Shown: positions 13,944-28,300 of the stretch, piece after piece | Numbering within the stretch: the first letter of the stretch is position 1 | How the letters are laid out: each line of letters begins with the position of its first letter | Origin: the human T2T-CHM13v2.0 reference genome, Homo sapiens | Direction: 5' to 3' (one strand) | DNA length: 64,000 nucleotides | NCBI RefSeq assembly: GCF_009914755.1 | Contig: NC_060948.1 | Notes under the pieces: generated by a model | The model's database searches: none | The model's input: the letters and a program-made list of their open reading frames with translations, nothing else | What the model was told of the DNA's origin: nothing | Made by a program: the position numbers and the translations under genes

Positions 13944-16900
13944 ACCTGTATGCCAGAAAGGCTGGGAGCACCTGTGGACTCTGGCAGATAAGTAGCTGTG
14001 TTTATGGTTTGACAGGCTTTAAGAGTTATGTCTGGAGTGTCTAGCAATTAGGCCTGATACCTTCATAAATATTCTCCTATTATCCACTGGTGCCATTTAG
14101 CTTCTAGGAAGACCTTCCCTTGATGTGGGGTCAAAAACCTGTAGGTGCTGTCCTAATGTTAGTTTATTAGTTTTACCTACTAGAAAAGTTGTAGCAGCAA
14201 TAGCTCTAAGACATTAAGACCACCCTGAGGCCACCTGGTCTATCTGCTTAGAAAATTAGGTTACTGGCCTTGGAATATTCCCCAGTTTTGTGACAAGATT
14301 ACCGAAGGCCTATGCCTTGCTTTTTGGCCACATAAAGCACAAATGGTTGATCCAACCTGGGGACTCCCACAACTGCAGCAGAGCCCAATTTCTCCTTAAA
14401 AGTATTGAAGTTTTGCTTGTAGCTCTAATTACATTCTAGGAGCTCTAAATCTTTCTCTTTAGTGTATCATATAAGGGTTGGCTACATGTCCAAATCTGGG
14501 TACCCATAAGTAGCAGTACCCAGCCATCTCCTAAAACAGCCCAACAGTCATTTCTTGGACTGGGACCCTCACATGACTAAAATAACTTTTTATCTTCTAG
14601 GGATGTTGATCAGTTCCAAAGGTTAAGACAGATTCCAAATATTTAAGTCTTTCAGTCAAAATCTGAGCCCTGTATGGTGATATCTTATATTTGCAAATTC
14701 CCAGGAAATTTACCAATTTAACAGTTTTATTATTTGAGTCTTCTTTAGTTGGACTAGCAATGAGCAAGTCACCTGCATACTGAATAATTGTGTCCTTTGC
14801 AATCGTAGATTTCTTAAGTCCTTAGCTAGAGCATTTTCTAATAAGTGGGGGCTATCCCAGAACCCTTCAGAGATGCCTGTCCAGGTTAATTTTGAGGCTG
14901 AATGCATATACAGATCAGTCCATTCTAAGGCAAACATATTGTGAAACTGGATGCACTGAAATGCAGAAAAATTCATCTTTCAGGTTTAAGAATGTAAACC
15001 ACTTTGCATCCCCTGGGACTTGGGTAAGTATTGGGGACAATGAGGTGTATGGAGACAACTGCGTTTATTAATGCTGTAAGGTTTCTGACAAATCTGTATT
15101 TTCCATCAGGCTTTTCATCTGGTAACATGCAAGTATTGTAAGGAGACTCTCATGGCCTTAATAACTCATATGACAATAATATGGCGATAAGGGTTTGAAT
15201 TTCCCCTCATGCTTCTCGCCTTAAAATGTATTGTCTCTTCTGAGGGTGAGGAGCACTAGGCTGAAGTTGGATTTGAATGTGGGAGGTGTTTAGTGCATTT
15301 CCCAGAGCTTGTGTGGCCCAAACCTTAGGATTTACTTGAGACAACAGCTCAGGTGGTAAATGTGACAGCTCATTCTTAACTTCTTTTTCCCCTGAGGGGT
15401 CAGGAACAAAAGTAACACTTTCTCTGCTTTATGATCTGTGAAGGTGACCATGACATAGTCTCCTGATTCAATAAACCTCTCCCCAGTAAGAGGTCAGGCA
15501 TTCAGACAGTACTAAAAAGGCAGGTGAGAAACACAGAATCCCTGGAGGACAACTTAGAAGATAAGAAAAGCAGTGTTTTTGGGCTTGTCCATCGTGAGAA
15601 GACAGGAGCCAATTGTATTTACTCAGGACGGAGTCATCTGTTCCCATACTTAATAAGAAGTTAATAATCCTACCTTCCACTTCAAGAGTCGGCTGAGGCT
15701 CTTCCATCTCTCGATAGGTAATAGTCCAATGAGAGCAGATGCAGGAAGTATCAGGCCCTACCACTTTTGGATCTGCTGGGTGCTGATGATGGCTCCCTTG
15801 GAAGCACAGTGTATTTCCTTCGGCAGTGGCTGACCTTCTTACAGAAGTCACATTGATTTATATCCAAGGCATAGTGGGCCAGAGGCACAGACTGGGACTT
15901 TTACCTTCTCACTTCCTCTGTGACGGCCAGGGGTTAAGGGGGCTGCCTCTGAAGGGGTGGAGAGCACAAGGCTGTAGCTAGAAGCTGGCCTCTTGGGAGG
16001 TTTGCTTTATTTTGTTTCCTCTGCCCTATTCCTGTGATGGAAAACTGCAAAAGCCAAGTCTAACAGCTGACCCATGGGAGTCTGGGTCCCTAAGCACTCC
16101 CTAAGGCTGCTTTCAGCGGCTTCCTGCAGATATCAGAAGCAGACTGGGCTATAAAATAAACTCCTAGCAATGTCGCAATGCCTGTCCCTTCTTGGAGTCG
16201 GGCAGTGTTAGTGTATTTCCTCAAGGTCTAAGTTATCCACCCTTGTAATAAAGCTAGGTATTCATCTTCTCCCTGAGCAATTTTCCAGATTTATAAAAAT
16301 TAAAAAGTTACATCATGCATTTTTTTATTCCTTCAAGGAGTCAAATGATCATAATTTTTTCTCTGTATATCCCACTTTCTTCCTAATTGATTTCCCTTTT
16401 CTAGATCCTAATTCTCTTTTGGTTCCTGCTCAGGCACTGTTGTGCCTCCTACTTGATAGTTGCCATGTCTCTGGTTGCAGGCTGCCGCCCTATTAGCATG
16501 TGCTCTAGTCACTCCCATAATACGCTGCTTTTCTATCATGTGTCAGGTAAACATAAATGTATGCAAATCTTGCCTGGTCAGATCATACTTCAAGGTTAGC
16601 CTCTTAAATTTGTCTATGAATTTTCCTGGAACCTCTGAAAGCTGTTTCAGTTTTTCCTTGCATGTGGCTGATTCAGACATAGAAAAGGGTACATATAGCT
16701 ATATAGTGTCCCTATTATCATTTGCCACTTCCCAGAGAGGGCAAAGATTCAACTTTGCCAGCTGATAAGAGACCCCAGGGCATGTTGTTCTGGTGAAGCT
16801 CGGGTGTTTTCAGGTATCTATGTAAGATAGGACTCGAAGGGCAGGGCAAAGATGATGTCTGGACACGAGATTACCCTGGAAAACTAGAAGGAATTAATAA

Positions 16901-18118
16901 CATGTTGCACACCTCACCAGAACTGGAAGGAGCCTGACTGCGTTCTTATGGGGTGCTTGGACTGGCAGTGCAGAGTTCAGCCTCAGCTAAGAAAAGCCTG
17001 ATATTAAGAGGCACTTGCATTGAAAAGGTAATCAATTATGTGCCGTCCCTATTTTGTCTTTTCTTCCATCAAACATATACAAGCTGATTTTAATTTTTTA
17101 ATCCTGACCAAGCATCAGAGATGCCTGTGTATAATGTATTTCCTCCCCTTCACTTTCTCTTCTATAAAACAAATTAAGCTGCAAAAGAATGAGTCAGACC
17201 AAACAGGGGAAATGGGAAGGCTGTAACTTGTATATTGAAATGTATTAGTCCGTTTTCACACTGCTATGACAAAACTGACACACTTTCAGGGAAAAAATGA
17301 CATGCTGGGTTTAGAAAGTAGGGTCCAGCTGCCCTATACCAGCTCTTCAAAGATGATCTTATGCTTAAGAAATAAGAGAAAACTCTTAAGCAAACGTCTC
17401 ATGTTCTCCATATTGATGCTAATTGTTTGCAGAGGGTTGTCATAAAAGAGGTTGTCACTAAACAGGCATATCTGATCTTATCATGTAAGACTGTTAAATG
17501 CCACATTTCAACTTCTAGTCATAATGATGGAGAGGTTACTGCTGATCTTTTCTGATAATTAAGGTAAAAAATACTAGGTTCCAAGACACCTCTTTTCTTC
17601 AGTGTCACTTGGACCAGTGGCAAATTAAATAAGCAATCAGCTAAAAGTCAGAGGATTATTGAGGAAAGTAAAAGCTAAACTGTTTTGGTCCTCTTTCATG
17701 GGGCAGCCTACAGACTACTACAAAACAGAGGCAGTGAGCCGAAAGGTGACAAGATGCAGAGCACTCAGGTGAGGGACAGAGAGCACCAGGTGGACAGTCC
17801 AAAAAGAGAAAGTGGCAAACATCTTGTTTAGCCAAGTCCATTCCTCTCAACATACCCCAGAGCCTCTAACCTTGTGAGCTTGGCGTTTAATCTGAGTATG
17901 ACACCCCCAGGTCTCTAACTTTTTGGGCTAAGTCTCTCCCCCTAACATTATGCACTAGGGCCTCTCACTTTAGTAGTAGTGGATAATCATTCTTGCCTGC
18001 CAGAATGGCTTCACGACTCTAAAAGATGGCCTGCTTGCCAGGTGATTGATTCTGTATGGATTGTTTTCCTTGGAGTGGGGGTCTTGTCTTGGTGTCCCTT
18101 CAAGGTGTTGCTGAAAGA

Positions 18119-18701
18119 TGTTGCTGGAAAAGAGGGTCCTGATACTGACCACAAAGTAGGATTCTTAGATCTTGTGTAGGAAAAAATTGAGGTGAATCAG
18201 AGAGCACAGTGAAAGAAGCAAGATTATTATAAGTGACTCCATTGCAGAGTTGGGCATCGTCAGAAAACAAAAGCAGGAATGCATTGTCTTTTATGAGTAT
18301 CTCTACTTATAAGTAAGTATAAAGAGAAACAGTTATTAATAAACTTGGAAGGTGCAGATGTATTCACTAAAGTCAGGAGCTATTGGTTTTAACAATGATC
18401 ATTACCCCATTGACCTAAGCTAGCTCATTAATATTATCTTTAAGGAAAAAATGCTGCACACCTAGGATATTTATACATTTTTCAGGCTTGGTGGAAACTG
18501 TCTTGTATGGCCATAAATACTCTGCAACTGTAATTTGTGGCCAGCTTAAAAATGTGGCTATTTTCAGACCATAAATATTAACCTTCTAGATGCTTTGTGA
18601 GTACCTAGGTACTCATATTAAGATAGAGTATTCCAGTTATGTTTATTAAATTAGAAGCTTGGTAACCATGACTTCCTCTAACAAAGCAAGCCTACTGCTC
18701 A
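18119..18701 (-). mobile_element. ERV1 (MER4-group-like) 5' LTR of the adjacent provirus
   Basis: TG...CA termini; tgttgctggaaaagagggtcctgat...ggattcttagatcttg resembles reverse-complemented MER4-group U5; abuts the PBS-like sequence. Confidence 0.7.
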
Positions 18702-18897
18702 AGGATAAAATTTATTTCTCAGGAATTTTGTGCATTTTGTTTGATGGAATTTGATATATTTACCAAAATGGCAGAAAAGAGTGAAATTAGTCCTCAAAGA
18801 TTTCTCAGGATTAGATATAAAGTAAACAAAATGATTATAGTTAATATGCAAGTTGATACAATTGATATTCAAAAGAAATTTTGTTAGAAACATGAGA

Positions 18898-19215
18898 TTT
18901 TTATTTATATTTATTTAATTATTGTTATTATTTTGAGACAGAGTCTTTCTCTGTTGCCCAGGCTGGAGTGCAGTGCACCGTCTCGGCTCACTGAAACCTC
19001 CGCCTCTGAGGTTCAAGTGATTCTCCTGCCTCAGCCTCTCAAGTAGCTACAATTACAGACATGCATCACCACACCCAGTTAATTTTTGTATCTTTAGTAG
19101 AGATGGGGTTTGTCTCTGTTGGCCGGGCTGGTCTCAAACACCTGACAGCAAATGATCTGTCCATGTTGGCCTCCCAAATTACTGGGATTACAGGCATGAG
19201 CCACCGCTTCCAGTC
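18898..19215 (-). mobile_element. Alu (older subfamily)
   Basis: ttttgagacagagtct...ctcccaaattactgggattacaggcatgagccacc. Confidence 0.9.
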
Positions 19216-20512
19216 ACAATGAGGTTTTTAAGTAATTCTAACTGATTTCCTGCTGTTGAGCAGGGAGCTGAGCAAATTCAACAGATCGTGAGCCTCAAGT
19301 AGGAGAAGACTGAGGCCAAACTCTGGAACACATGTGATTAATTACGTATAATTGAAACCAAATCAAATTTAATAAGGCTTTTAGTTTCAAGATGTTTCCA
19401 TCATTTTGAAATGTGGTGTTATTCAGTGGAAAAGAAAAATAATGTTTATCTCCAGAGTAAAGAACAGGGTTCCCTGCAGGGATTGATTAACTGAGAGCTA
19501 TGGCTCAGGATTAAAAATTCTTTTTCCCCTTATAAATTAAAAATTAATTTTTAAGCCTCCAGTCACCAAATGGACCCCTCTTCTTGGATAAGGACCTTCC
19601 AAAGTTAACCTGAAAAGCAAGTTCAAGCCATGGGTCACGCATACCTCATTATACTCTCCTCCCCTTGGTTTTAATTTTAATTTTGATTTTTAATTTATTT
19701 TTGTGGGTACACAGTTGGTGTATATATTTATAGGGGTACATGACATACTTTGATACAGGCATGCAGTGAGTAATACATAATAAAAAATGGGCTATCTATC
19801 CCCTTGAGCAATTATAGCTTGTGTTATAAAGAATCCAGTTATACTCTTTTAGTTTTTATAAAATGTATAGTTAAATTATTATTTACTGTAATCACCCAGT
19901 TGTGCTATCAAATACTGCCTTATTCATTCTTTCTAACAATTTTTTGTACCCATTTAGCATCCCCACTATCCTTCTCTTCCCCCACTGCCCTTCCCAGCCT
20001 CAGGTAACCCCCCTTATACTCTCTATCTCTATGACATCAATTGTTTCAAATTTTAGCAGTCACAAATAAGTGAGAACATGTGACATTTGTTTTTCCTGTG
20101 CCTGACTTATTTCACTTAACATAAAGACTTTCAGTTTCGTTTACGTTATTGCAAATGACAGACTCTCATTCTTTCTTATAGCTGAATAGTATTCCATTGT
20201 GTATATGTACCACATTTTCTCTAGCCAGTCATCGTTGATTGACGTTTAGGTGTCTTCCAAATCTTGGCTATTACCAGCATTTGTTTTTGACTGACTTCTG
20301 GATAAAAGCCACCTTACTGGAGTGAAATGATATCTCATTTTTGGTTTGATTTGCATTTCTATAATAATCAGTAATGTGGAGAATCTTTTCATTTGCCTGT
20401 TTGCCATTTGTATGTCTTCTTTTCATAAATGTCTATTTAAATTTTTTGTCCACTCTTTAATTAGGTTACTACATATTTTTCTATAGAATTTTTTTAACTC
20501 AATATAATGTAG

Positions 20513-21184
20513 TGTATTAGTCTGTTTCTGCACTGCTATTAAAAAAAAAACAGAGACTGGATTATTTATTAATCTATTTATTCATTGAGATTAAGTCTTG
20601 CTCCATCACCCAGGCTGGAGTGAAGTGGTGCGATCTCGGCTCACTGCAACCTCCCCTCTGGGGTCCAAGCAATTATCTGCCTCAGCCTCCTGAGGAGCTG
20701 GGATTACAGGCACCAGCCACCATGCCCAGCTATTTTCTTTATTTTTAGTAGAGACTGTGTTTCACCATCTTGGCCAGGCTGGTCTTGAACTCCTGACCCT
20801 GTGATCCACCGACCTCGGCCTCCCAAAGTGCTGGGATTATAGGCGTGAGCTACTGTGCCTGGTGAGATTGGGTAATTTTTAAGGAAATAGGTTTAATTGA
20901 CTCACATGGCTGGGGAGGCCTCAGGAGACTTACAATCATGGCAGACAGGGAAGCAGGCACCTTTACATGACAGCAGGTGAGACAGCCTGTATGCGAAGCA
21001 AAAGGGGAAGAGCCCCTCATAAAACCGTCAGATCTCATGAGAACTCATTATCAGAAGAAGAGCATGGAGGAAACCACTTCCATGATCCAATCACCTTCTC
21101 ACCTTCTACCAGGTCACTCCCTCAACACCTGGAGATTAATTCAATATGAGATTTGGGTGGGGACACAAAGCCTAACCGTATCAT
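20513..21184 (-). mobile_element. MST/THE1 MaLR solo LTR containing an Alu (~20565-20863, -)
   Basis: tgtattagtctgtttctgcactgctat...gagatttgggtggggacacaaagcctaaccgtatca, with Alu body inside. Confidence 0.85.
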
Positions 21185-22191
21185 GTGGTTATAAATTGCT
21201 TTTCACATGGGTAATTTACAAATGTTTCCTCCTATTCTGTGGGTTTTCTCTTCACTTCGTTTATTGTTTCCTTCACTTTAAAAAAGCTTTCTGACTTGCT
21301 GTAATTCCATTTGTCCATGTTTGCTTTTGTGGTCTGTGCATATGGGGCACTACTTAAGAAATTTTTGCCCAAACCAATGCTTTAAAGAGTTTCCCCATTT
21401 TTTTGTGTGTGAAACTTTGATAGTTTGAGGTGTTAAGTTTAAATCTTTAATTATTTTAATTTGATTTTTTTATGTGGCAAGAAATATGGTTCTAGTTTCA
21501 TTCTTCTGCCTATGGCTTGCCAGTTTTCCCAGCCCTACTTATTACAGAAACTGTCTTATTTTTTGTTGTATGTTCTTAGCACTTCTGTTGAAAATAAGTT
21601 TAGTTTAGCTGCATGAGTTTGTTTCTAAGTTCTCTATTTCATTCCTTGGGTCTTTATGTTCTATTTTTATTCTAGCATCATGCTGTTTTAATTACTATAG
21701 CTTGATGGTATAATTTAAAACCAGGTAATGGGATTCCTCCATTTTTGTTTTATATACTCAGCATAGCTTTGACTATCATGGTGTTTTGTGGTTCCATATA
21801 CATTGCAGAAGTTTTTTCTATTTCTGTGAGGAATGTCATTGTTATTTAGATAGAGATGGCATGAAATGTATAGATTCCTTTGGATTGTATGGACATTTTT
21901 AAAAATACTGATTCTTCCAACCTGTGAACAAATAAATATCTTTCCATTTTTTGTGTCCTCTTTCATTTCTTTTATCAGTATTCTACAATTTTAATTGTTG
22001 AGAACTTTTATTTCTTTGGTAAATTCGCACACATTTTGTTTTATTTATGGCTGTTGCAAATAGGATTACTCTTCTGAATTCTTTTTCAGTTTGTTGATGG
22101 TTGGCATATAGAAATCCTACTGATTTGTATATGTTGATTTTGTATTCTGCAAATTTACTGAAGTTATCACTTCTAACAGTTTTTTGGTGGA

Positions 22192-24642
22192 TATATTAGG
22201 CCATTCTCACATTGCTATAAAAATAGTTGGTGACTGGTTAATTTATAAAGAAAATAGGTTTAATTGGCTCATGTTTCTAGAGGCTGTACAGAAAGCATAG
22301 CCCTGGCCCCTGCTTCTGGGGATGCCTCTGACAACTGACAAGGTGAAGAAAAAATCCGGTGCTTGCACATCACATGGTAAGTGCAAAGGCAAAGGGAAAG
22401 TGCTACGCACTTGTAGATGACCAGCTCTCATGAAAACTTACTGTTGTGGGAATGGCACCAAAGCAAATGATGCCAAACTCTTCATGGAAATCCTGCCCTC
22501 ATGATTCCATCACCTCCCAACTAGGCCCACTTCCAACGTTGAGGTTTACATTTCAATATAAGATTTTGGTGGGAACACACACCCAAACTATATCATTTTG
22601 CCCCTGGCCATTTCAAATCTCATATCCTTCTCATATTTCAGAATACAATCATGACTTCCCAATAATCCCCAAAGTCTTAACTCATTTCAGACTTAACTCA
22701 AAAGTCAAAAGTCTCATCTAAGACAAAGCTAGTTCCTTCCTCCTATAAGCCTATAAAATAAAAACAAGTTAGGTAATTCGAAGACATAAATTGGGTATAG
22801 ACATTGGGTAAATATTCCTATTCTAAAAGGAAGAAATCAGTTAAAAGAAAGGGGCTGCAGGACCCATGCATGTCTGAAACCCAGAATGGGAGTTATTGAA
22901 TTGTAAGACTCCAAAATAATTATTTTTGACTCTGTGTCCCATTTCCAGGACACACTAATGCTTTGGGAAGTTTCAACCTTGTGTCTTTGCATGGTTTAGC
23001 CCCCATGGCTGCTCTCACGGGCTGTTACTGTGTGCCTCTAGCTTTTCCAGGTGCAAGGTGCAAGCTGTACAGGATCTACCATTCTGGAGTCTGGTGGACA
23101 GTGATCCTCTCCTCACAGATCTACTAGGTCATGCCCCATTAGGGAGCCCACATGGGGACTGTAACCCCACATTTCTTCTCTGCATTGATTTAGTAGAGGT
23201 TCTCCATGAGGGCTCCCCTCTGCAACATGCTTCTGCCTGCACACCTTGGCTTTTTCATACATCCTTTTTGAAATAAAAGTGGAAGCTCCAAATTCTCAAC
23301 TGTTGCATTTTGTACACCCACAGGCCTAACACCACATGAAAGCTAGCAAGGCTTATGGATTGCACCTTCTGAAGCAGTGAGTATAGTTGTAACTGGGCCA
23401 ATTTGAGCTACACCTGGAGCATGAGCAGTGGCCAGGATTCAGGGAGCCATGTTCCAAGGCTACTCAAGGCAGCAGGTGCTGGGTCTGATCTCAGAAACTA
23501 TTGTCTTCTTTTAGGCCCCAGGGTCTGTGATGGGGGGCTGGCTTTTAGAATTCTAAAATGCCTTCAATTCCTCTTTCCCATTGTCTTGGCTATCAACAAT
23601 TGCTTTTTTTTTTTGGGTTGTACAAATATCTCTAACAAGTGGTTGCTCCATAGCCTGCTTGAGTTCCTCTCTTATAAAAGCTATTTATTTTTCTGACACT
23701 TAACTAGACTACAAACTTCTCAAGCTTTTACACTATGCTTCCATCAAAAGTATAAGTTACAAATTTTTGTTTTGTTTTGTTTTTTTGCTCCAACATGTGA
23801 ACACAGGTTGATAGAAGCAGCCAGGACACATCTTGAATGCTTTGCTGCTTAGACATTTTTCCAACAGAAACCCTAAATCATCACTTTCAAATTCAAACTT
23901 CTGTATATCCCTAGGGCATGACAGACATTCAGACAACCATTTTGCTAAGATGACATGCATAACTTTTGCTTCAGACCTAATAAGTTTCTAATTTTCATCT
24001 GAGAACTCCTCAGCTCAGCCTTCACTGTCCAGATCACTATCAGCATTATGGTCACAGCCATACAACCAGGCTCTAAGAAGATCTCAACTTTCCCTAATTA
24101 TTCTGGCTTCTTCTGTGTCCTACAGACTCCTCCAACTTTTGCCTGTTTATCCAATAACAAAGTTAATTCCACATTTTCAAGTATTCTTATAATAATTTTC
24201 CACAATTTGGTGCCAATTTTCTCTATTTATCTATTTTTGCATCACTATAAATACCTGAGACTGGAAAATTTATTTTTAAAAAAGGAGGTTTAAGCGGCTT
24301 GTGTCTCTACAGGCTATAGAGAAGATATAGCACTAGCATACACTTCTGGGAAGGCCTCTGGAACTTTACAGTCATGGCAGAAGTTTAAGCAGAATCTTGC
24401 ATATCACAGGGCAAAAGGCAGGAGCAAAAAACAGAGAGGTGAGTTGTTACACACTTTTAAATAACCAGATCTTATGGGAACTCACTCACTATCATGAGGA
24501 TAGTACCAAATGGGATGGTGCTAGGCCATTTGTGAGTAATCCACCCAGATGGTTAAATCACCTTTCATCAGGCCCACCTCCAACATCGACAATTACATTT
24601 AAATATGAGATTTGGGAGAGGATACATATTAAAACTCTATCA
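22192..24642 (-). mobile_element. Two-LTR MST-type MaLR element (LTR ~22192-22593, internal ~1.6 kb, LTR ~24222-24642)
   Basis: Two similar LTR copies ending ccaaactatatca and taaaactctatca flank MaLR internal-type sequence; the host L1 resumes at gagtcttt. Confidence 0.8.
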
Positions 24643-25018
24643 GATGAGTCTTTATATTTTTTCAAATATAAAATTATATCATCAGCAAAAAAGATAATTT
24701 GACTTATTTTCCAATTGGGATGGCTTTTATTACTTTCTCTTGTCTGATTGCTCCAGATAGGACTTTCAGAATTATGTTGAATAACCATGGTAAAAATGGA
24801 TATTCTTGTCATCTTCGAGATTTTAGAGGAAAGGCTTTTAGTTTTTTCCCCACCAAGTATGATACTAGCTGTGGGTCTGTCACATATAACTTTTATTATG
24901 TTGAGGTATCATTCCATACCCAGTTTTCAAAGGGCTTTTAATTATTAAGGAATGTTAAATTTTATCAAATGATTTTTAGCATAGTTGAAGTGATTATATG
25001 GGTTTTGTCCCTCATTCT

Positions 25019-25327
25019 GTTTTTTTGTTTTTGTTTTTGTTTTTTTTTTACGCCGTCTCCTTCTTTCACCCAAGCTGGAGTGCAATGGCATGATCTTGGC
25101 TCACGGCAACCTCCACTTTCCAGGTTCAAGTGATTCTCCTGCCTCAGCCTCCTGAGTAGCTGAAATTACGGGTGCCTACCATGGCGCCTGGCTAATTTTT
25201 GCATTTTTTGTAGATATGGGGTTTTGCCATCTTGGCCAGTCTGGTTTTGAACTCCTGACCTCAGGTGATTCACCCACCTCAGCTTCCCAAAGTGCTGGGA
25301 TTACAGGCATGAGCCACTGCACCTGGT
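25019..25327 (-). mobile_element. Alu (AluS-like)
   Basis: T-rich tail, ctcctgacctcaggtgattcaccc...gggattacaggcatgagccactgcacctgg. Confidence 0.9.
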
Positions 25328-28300
25328 CGCTTCATTGTGTTTATATGATATATCACATTGATTAATTTGCATGTTGCACCATCTTTGCATGTCTGGGATA
25401 AATCCCACTTGCCCATGATGGATTATCTATTATGTAATTATTATTATGTATATTATCTATTATGTAAATATATTATGTAATTATACATAAATATAATTAT
25501 TTATGTATTGTTTAATTCAGGTTTCCAGGTTTTTTGCAAATGTTTGCATCATTATTCTCATATATTGGCCCATAGTTTGCTCTTTTAATGTGTCTTTGTC
25601 TGGTTTTGATATCAGTTTAATACTAGCCTCAAAGAATGAGTTTGAAAATGTTCTTTCCTTCTCTATTTTATGCCTGGTCCTGCAGACTTTTTTATTATGG
25701 CTTTAATTTTGTTATTTATTATTGGTCTGTTCACGTTTTTTATTTTTTCCTAGTTCAATCTTGGTAAGTTGTTTGTGTCCAAGAATTGATTTCCTCTAGG
25801 TTTTCTAATTTGTTGGCATACAATTGCTCACATTAGCCACTAATGATCCTTTGATTTTCTGAAGCGTTACTTGTAATGTCTCTTTATCAACTCTGATTTT
25901 ATTAATTTGGTATCTTCTCAGTTCTTCAGTTAGCCTCTGTAAGTATTTGTCAATTGTTTTACTTTTCAAAAAAGTCAACATTTTGTTTCATTGATTTTTT
26001 GCATTGTTTTCTTCATTTTAACTTTATTTCCACTCTAATCTTTATTATTTCTTTGCTTCTAATTTTGAGTTTGGTTTGGCCTTTTTATTCTATTTAATTA
26101 AGATATATTGTTAGGTTATTTTAAGGTTTTCTAATTTTTATGTATGCACTTATAGTTTTAAATTTTCCTTTTTATTAGTACCTCTTTTACTATATTCTAT
26201 AGGTTTTGCCATGCTATGTTTCCATTATCATTTGTTTCAAGAAATTTTTCTACTTTCTTTTTAACTTTTTTATTGACCTACTGATTATTCAGTGGCATAT
26301 TGTTTAATTTTCAAGTGTTTGTATAGTTTCTGAAATTCTTTTTTTTTTTTTTATCGATTTCTAGTTTTATTCCATTGTGGTCAGAGAAAATCCTTGATAT
26401 TACTTCAATTTTTTGAATGTTTTTAGATACGTTACCTAAGTTATGGTCTACCCTTGAGATCAAACCATGTACTGAGGAGAAGAATGTGTATTCTGTAGCT
26501 GTTGGATGAAATTTTCTGTAAATATCTATTAGGTTAATTTGTACTATAGTGCAGATTAAGTCTGATGTTTCTTTGTTGATTTTCTGTCTGGAAGGTCTAT
26601 CCAATGACTAAAGTTGGGTGTTGAAGTGTCCAGCCATTATTGTATTGTGGTCTCTTTCTTTACATCTCTTATAATATTTGCTTCATTTATATAGGTGCTT
26701 TAGTGTTGGGTGCATATATATTTCCAGTTATTACATCTTCTTGATTAATTGACCCCTTTATTATTATATAATGACCTTCTTAATCTCCTCTTACAGTCTT
26801 TTGTTGAAATCTATTTTTGTCTGGTAAAAGTATAGCTATTTCTGCTTTTTTTGTTTCTATTGGCATGGAATAACTTTTACTATGCTTTTATTTTCAGTCT
26901 AAATGCATCTTTATAGGTAAAGTATTTTTTTTTAGGTCACAGATTATTGTCTTGTGCCTCTATCCATTAATCCATTATTTGTCTTTTGATTGGAGTATTT
27001 GGTTCATTTACATTCAAACTTAGTATTGATAAGCACTTACTCCTGCCATTTTGTTATTTGTTTTCTGATTGATTTTTGTCCTCTCATCCTTCTTTTCTTT
27101 CTTCCAGTCTTCCTTTTAGTGAGGGTGATTTCTCCTGTAATATAATATAATTTCTTCCTTTTTACTTTTTGTACAACTGTGATATGCTTTTTAATTTGAA
27201 ATTATGATTAGGCTTGAAAATAACATCTTATAACACATCGTTTTAGACTGTGAACAATTTAACCCTGATTGCATAAACAAAGAAACAAGCAGAGCAACTA
27301 ACAAAAACTTTACACTTTGATTTCATTGCCATTCTTTTAAACTTTTTGTGGTTTCTCTTCATTCCCGATTTTACTGTCTATATCTTGGAAATATCTTGTA
27401 GTTATTTTTGTAATTGGTTTATTGCTTACTGTTTCTATTTGAGATTTTTGCACAACATAATTACCATGTTATAATATTCTGTGTTTTTCCGTGTGCTATT
27501 ACTAGTGAGTTTTGTACCTTCAGATGATTTCTTATTGCTCATTCACTTTTTTTTTTTCAGGTTAAGAACTCCCTTTAGCATTTCTTGCAGGACATGTCTG
27601 GTGTTAATGAAATCCCTCGGTTTTTGTTTCTCCAGAAAAGTTCTTATTTCTCCATCAAGTTTAAAGGATGTTTTTGCCAGATACATTATTCTAAAGTAAA
27701 AGTCTTTTTTTCTCTTCAGGTTTTTAAAAATGGCATGCCATTCTCTCAGCCTGTAAATTTTCCCCTGAAAGGTCTGCTGTCAGATCTACTGGAGTTCCAC
27801 TGAATGTTATTTGTCTCTCTTCTCTCACTGCTTTTCGATTCATTTCTTTATCCTTAACCTTTGGGAGTTTAGTTAAGTGCCTTGAGGTGGTCTTCTTTGG
27901 GCTATATCTGCTTGATGTTCTGTAACTTTCTTTTACTCAAATGTTGATATCGAATGCTGGGAAATTGTTTAATATTATTTAACACTATTTCTTTAAATAA
28001 ATGTTTAACTCATCTCTTTTCAATCTCCTCTTTAAGGCCAATAACTCTTAGATTTGCTATTTTGAGGCTAATTTTTAGGTTTTGGCAGCATGCTTTATTT
28101 TTTATTCTTTTTTGTCTCCTCTGACTTTATATTTTCAAATAGTCTGACTTCAAGTTCACTAAATCTATCTTCTTCTTGATCAATTGTTTTAAGTAATTCT
28201 TCAGTATGACAACTGCATTTTCATTTCTTTTTTTTTTTTTTTTTGCTTTATTCTTTTTATTTCAATCTCATTGTTAAATTTATCTGATAGAATTTGGAAT

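Larger units (their letters stand above)
11715..18118 (-). mobile_element. Degenerate ERV1-class provirus internal region (leader, gag, pro, pol), truncated at the integrase C-terminus
   Basis: Minus-strand remnants: protease INFLLSMGTDDSVL (~15650); RT EGFWDSPHLLENALAKDL and IIQYAGDLLIA (decayed YxDD, ~14760-14880); integrase tail WKGPQQGHLSSPADVQLQG (~11750-11810); degenerate PBS-like tctttcagcaacaccttgaaggga next to the LTR. Confidence 0.85.
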
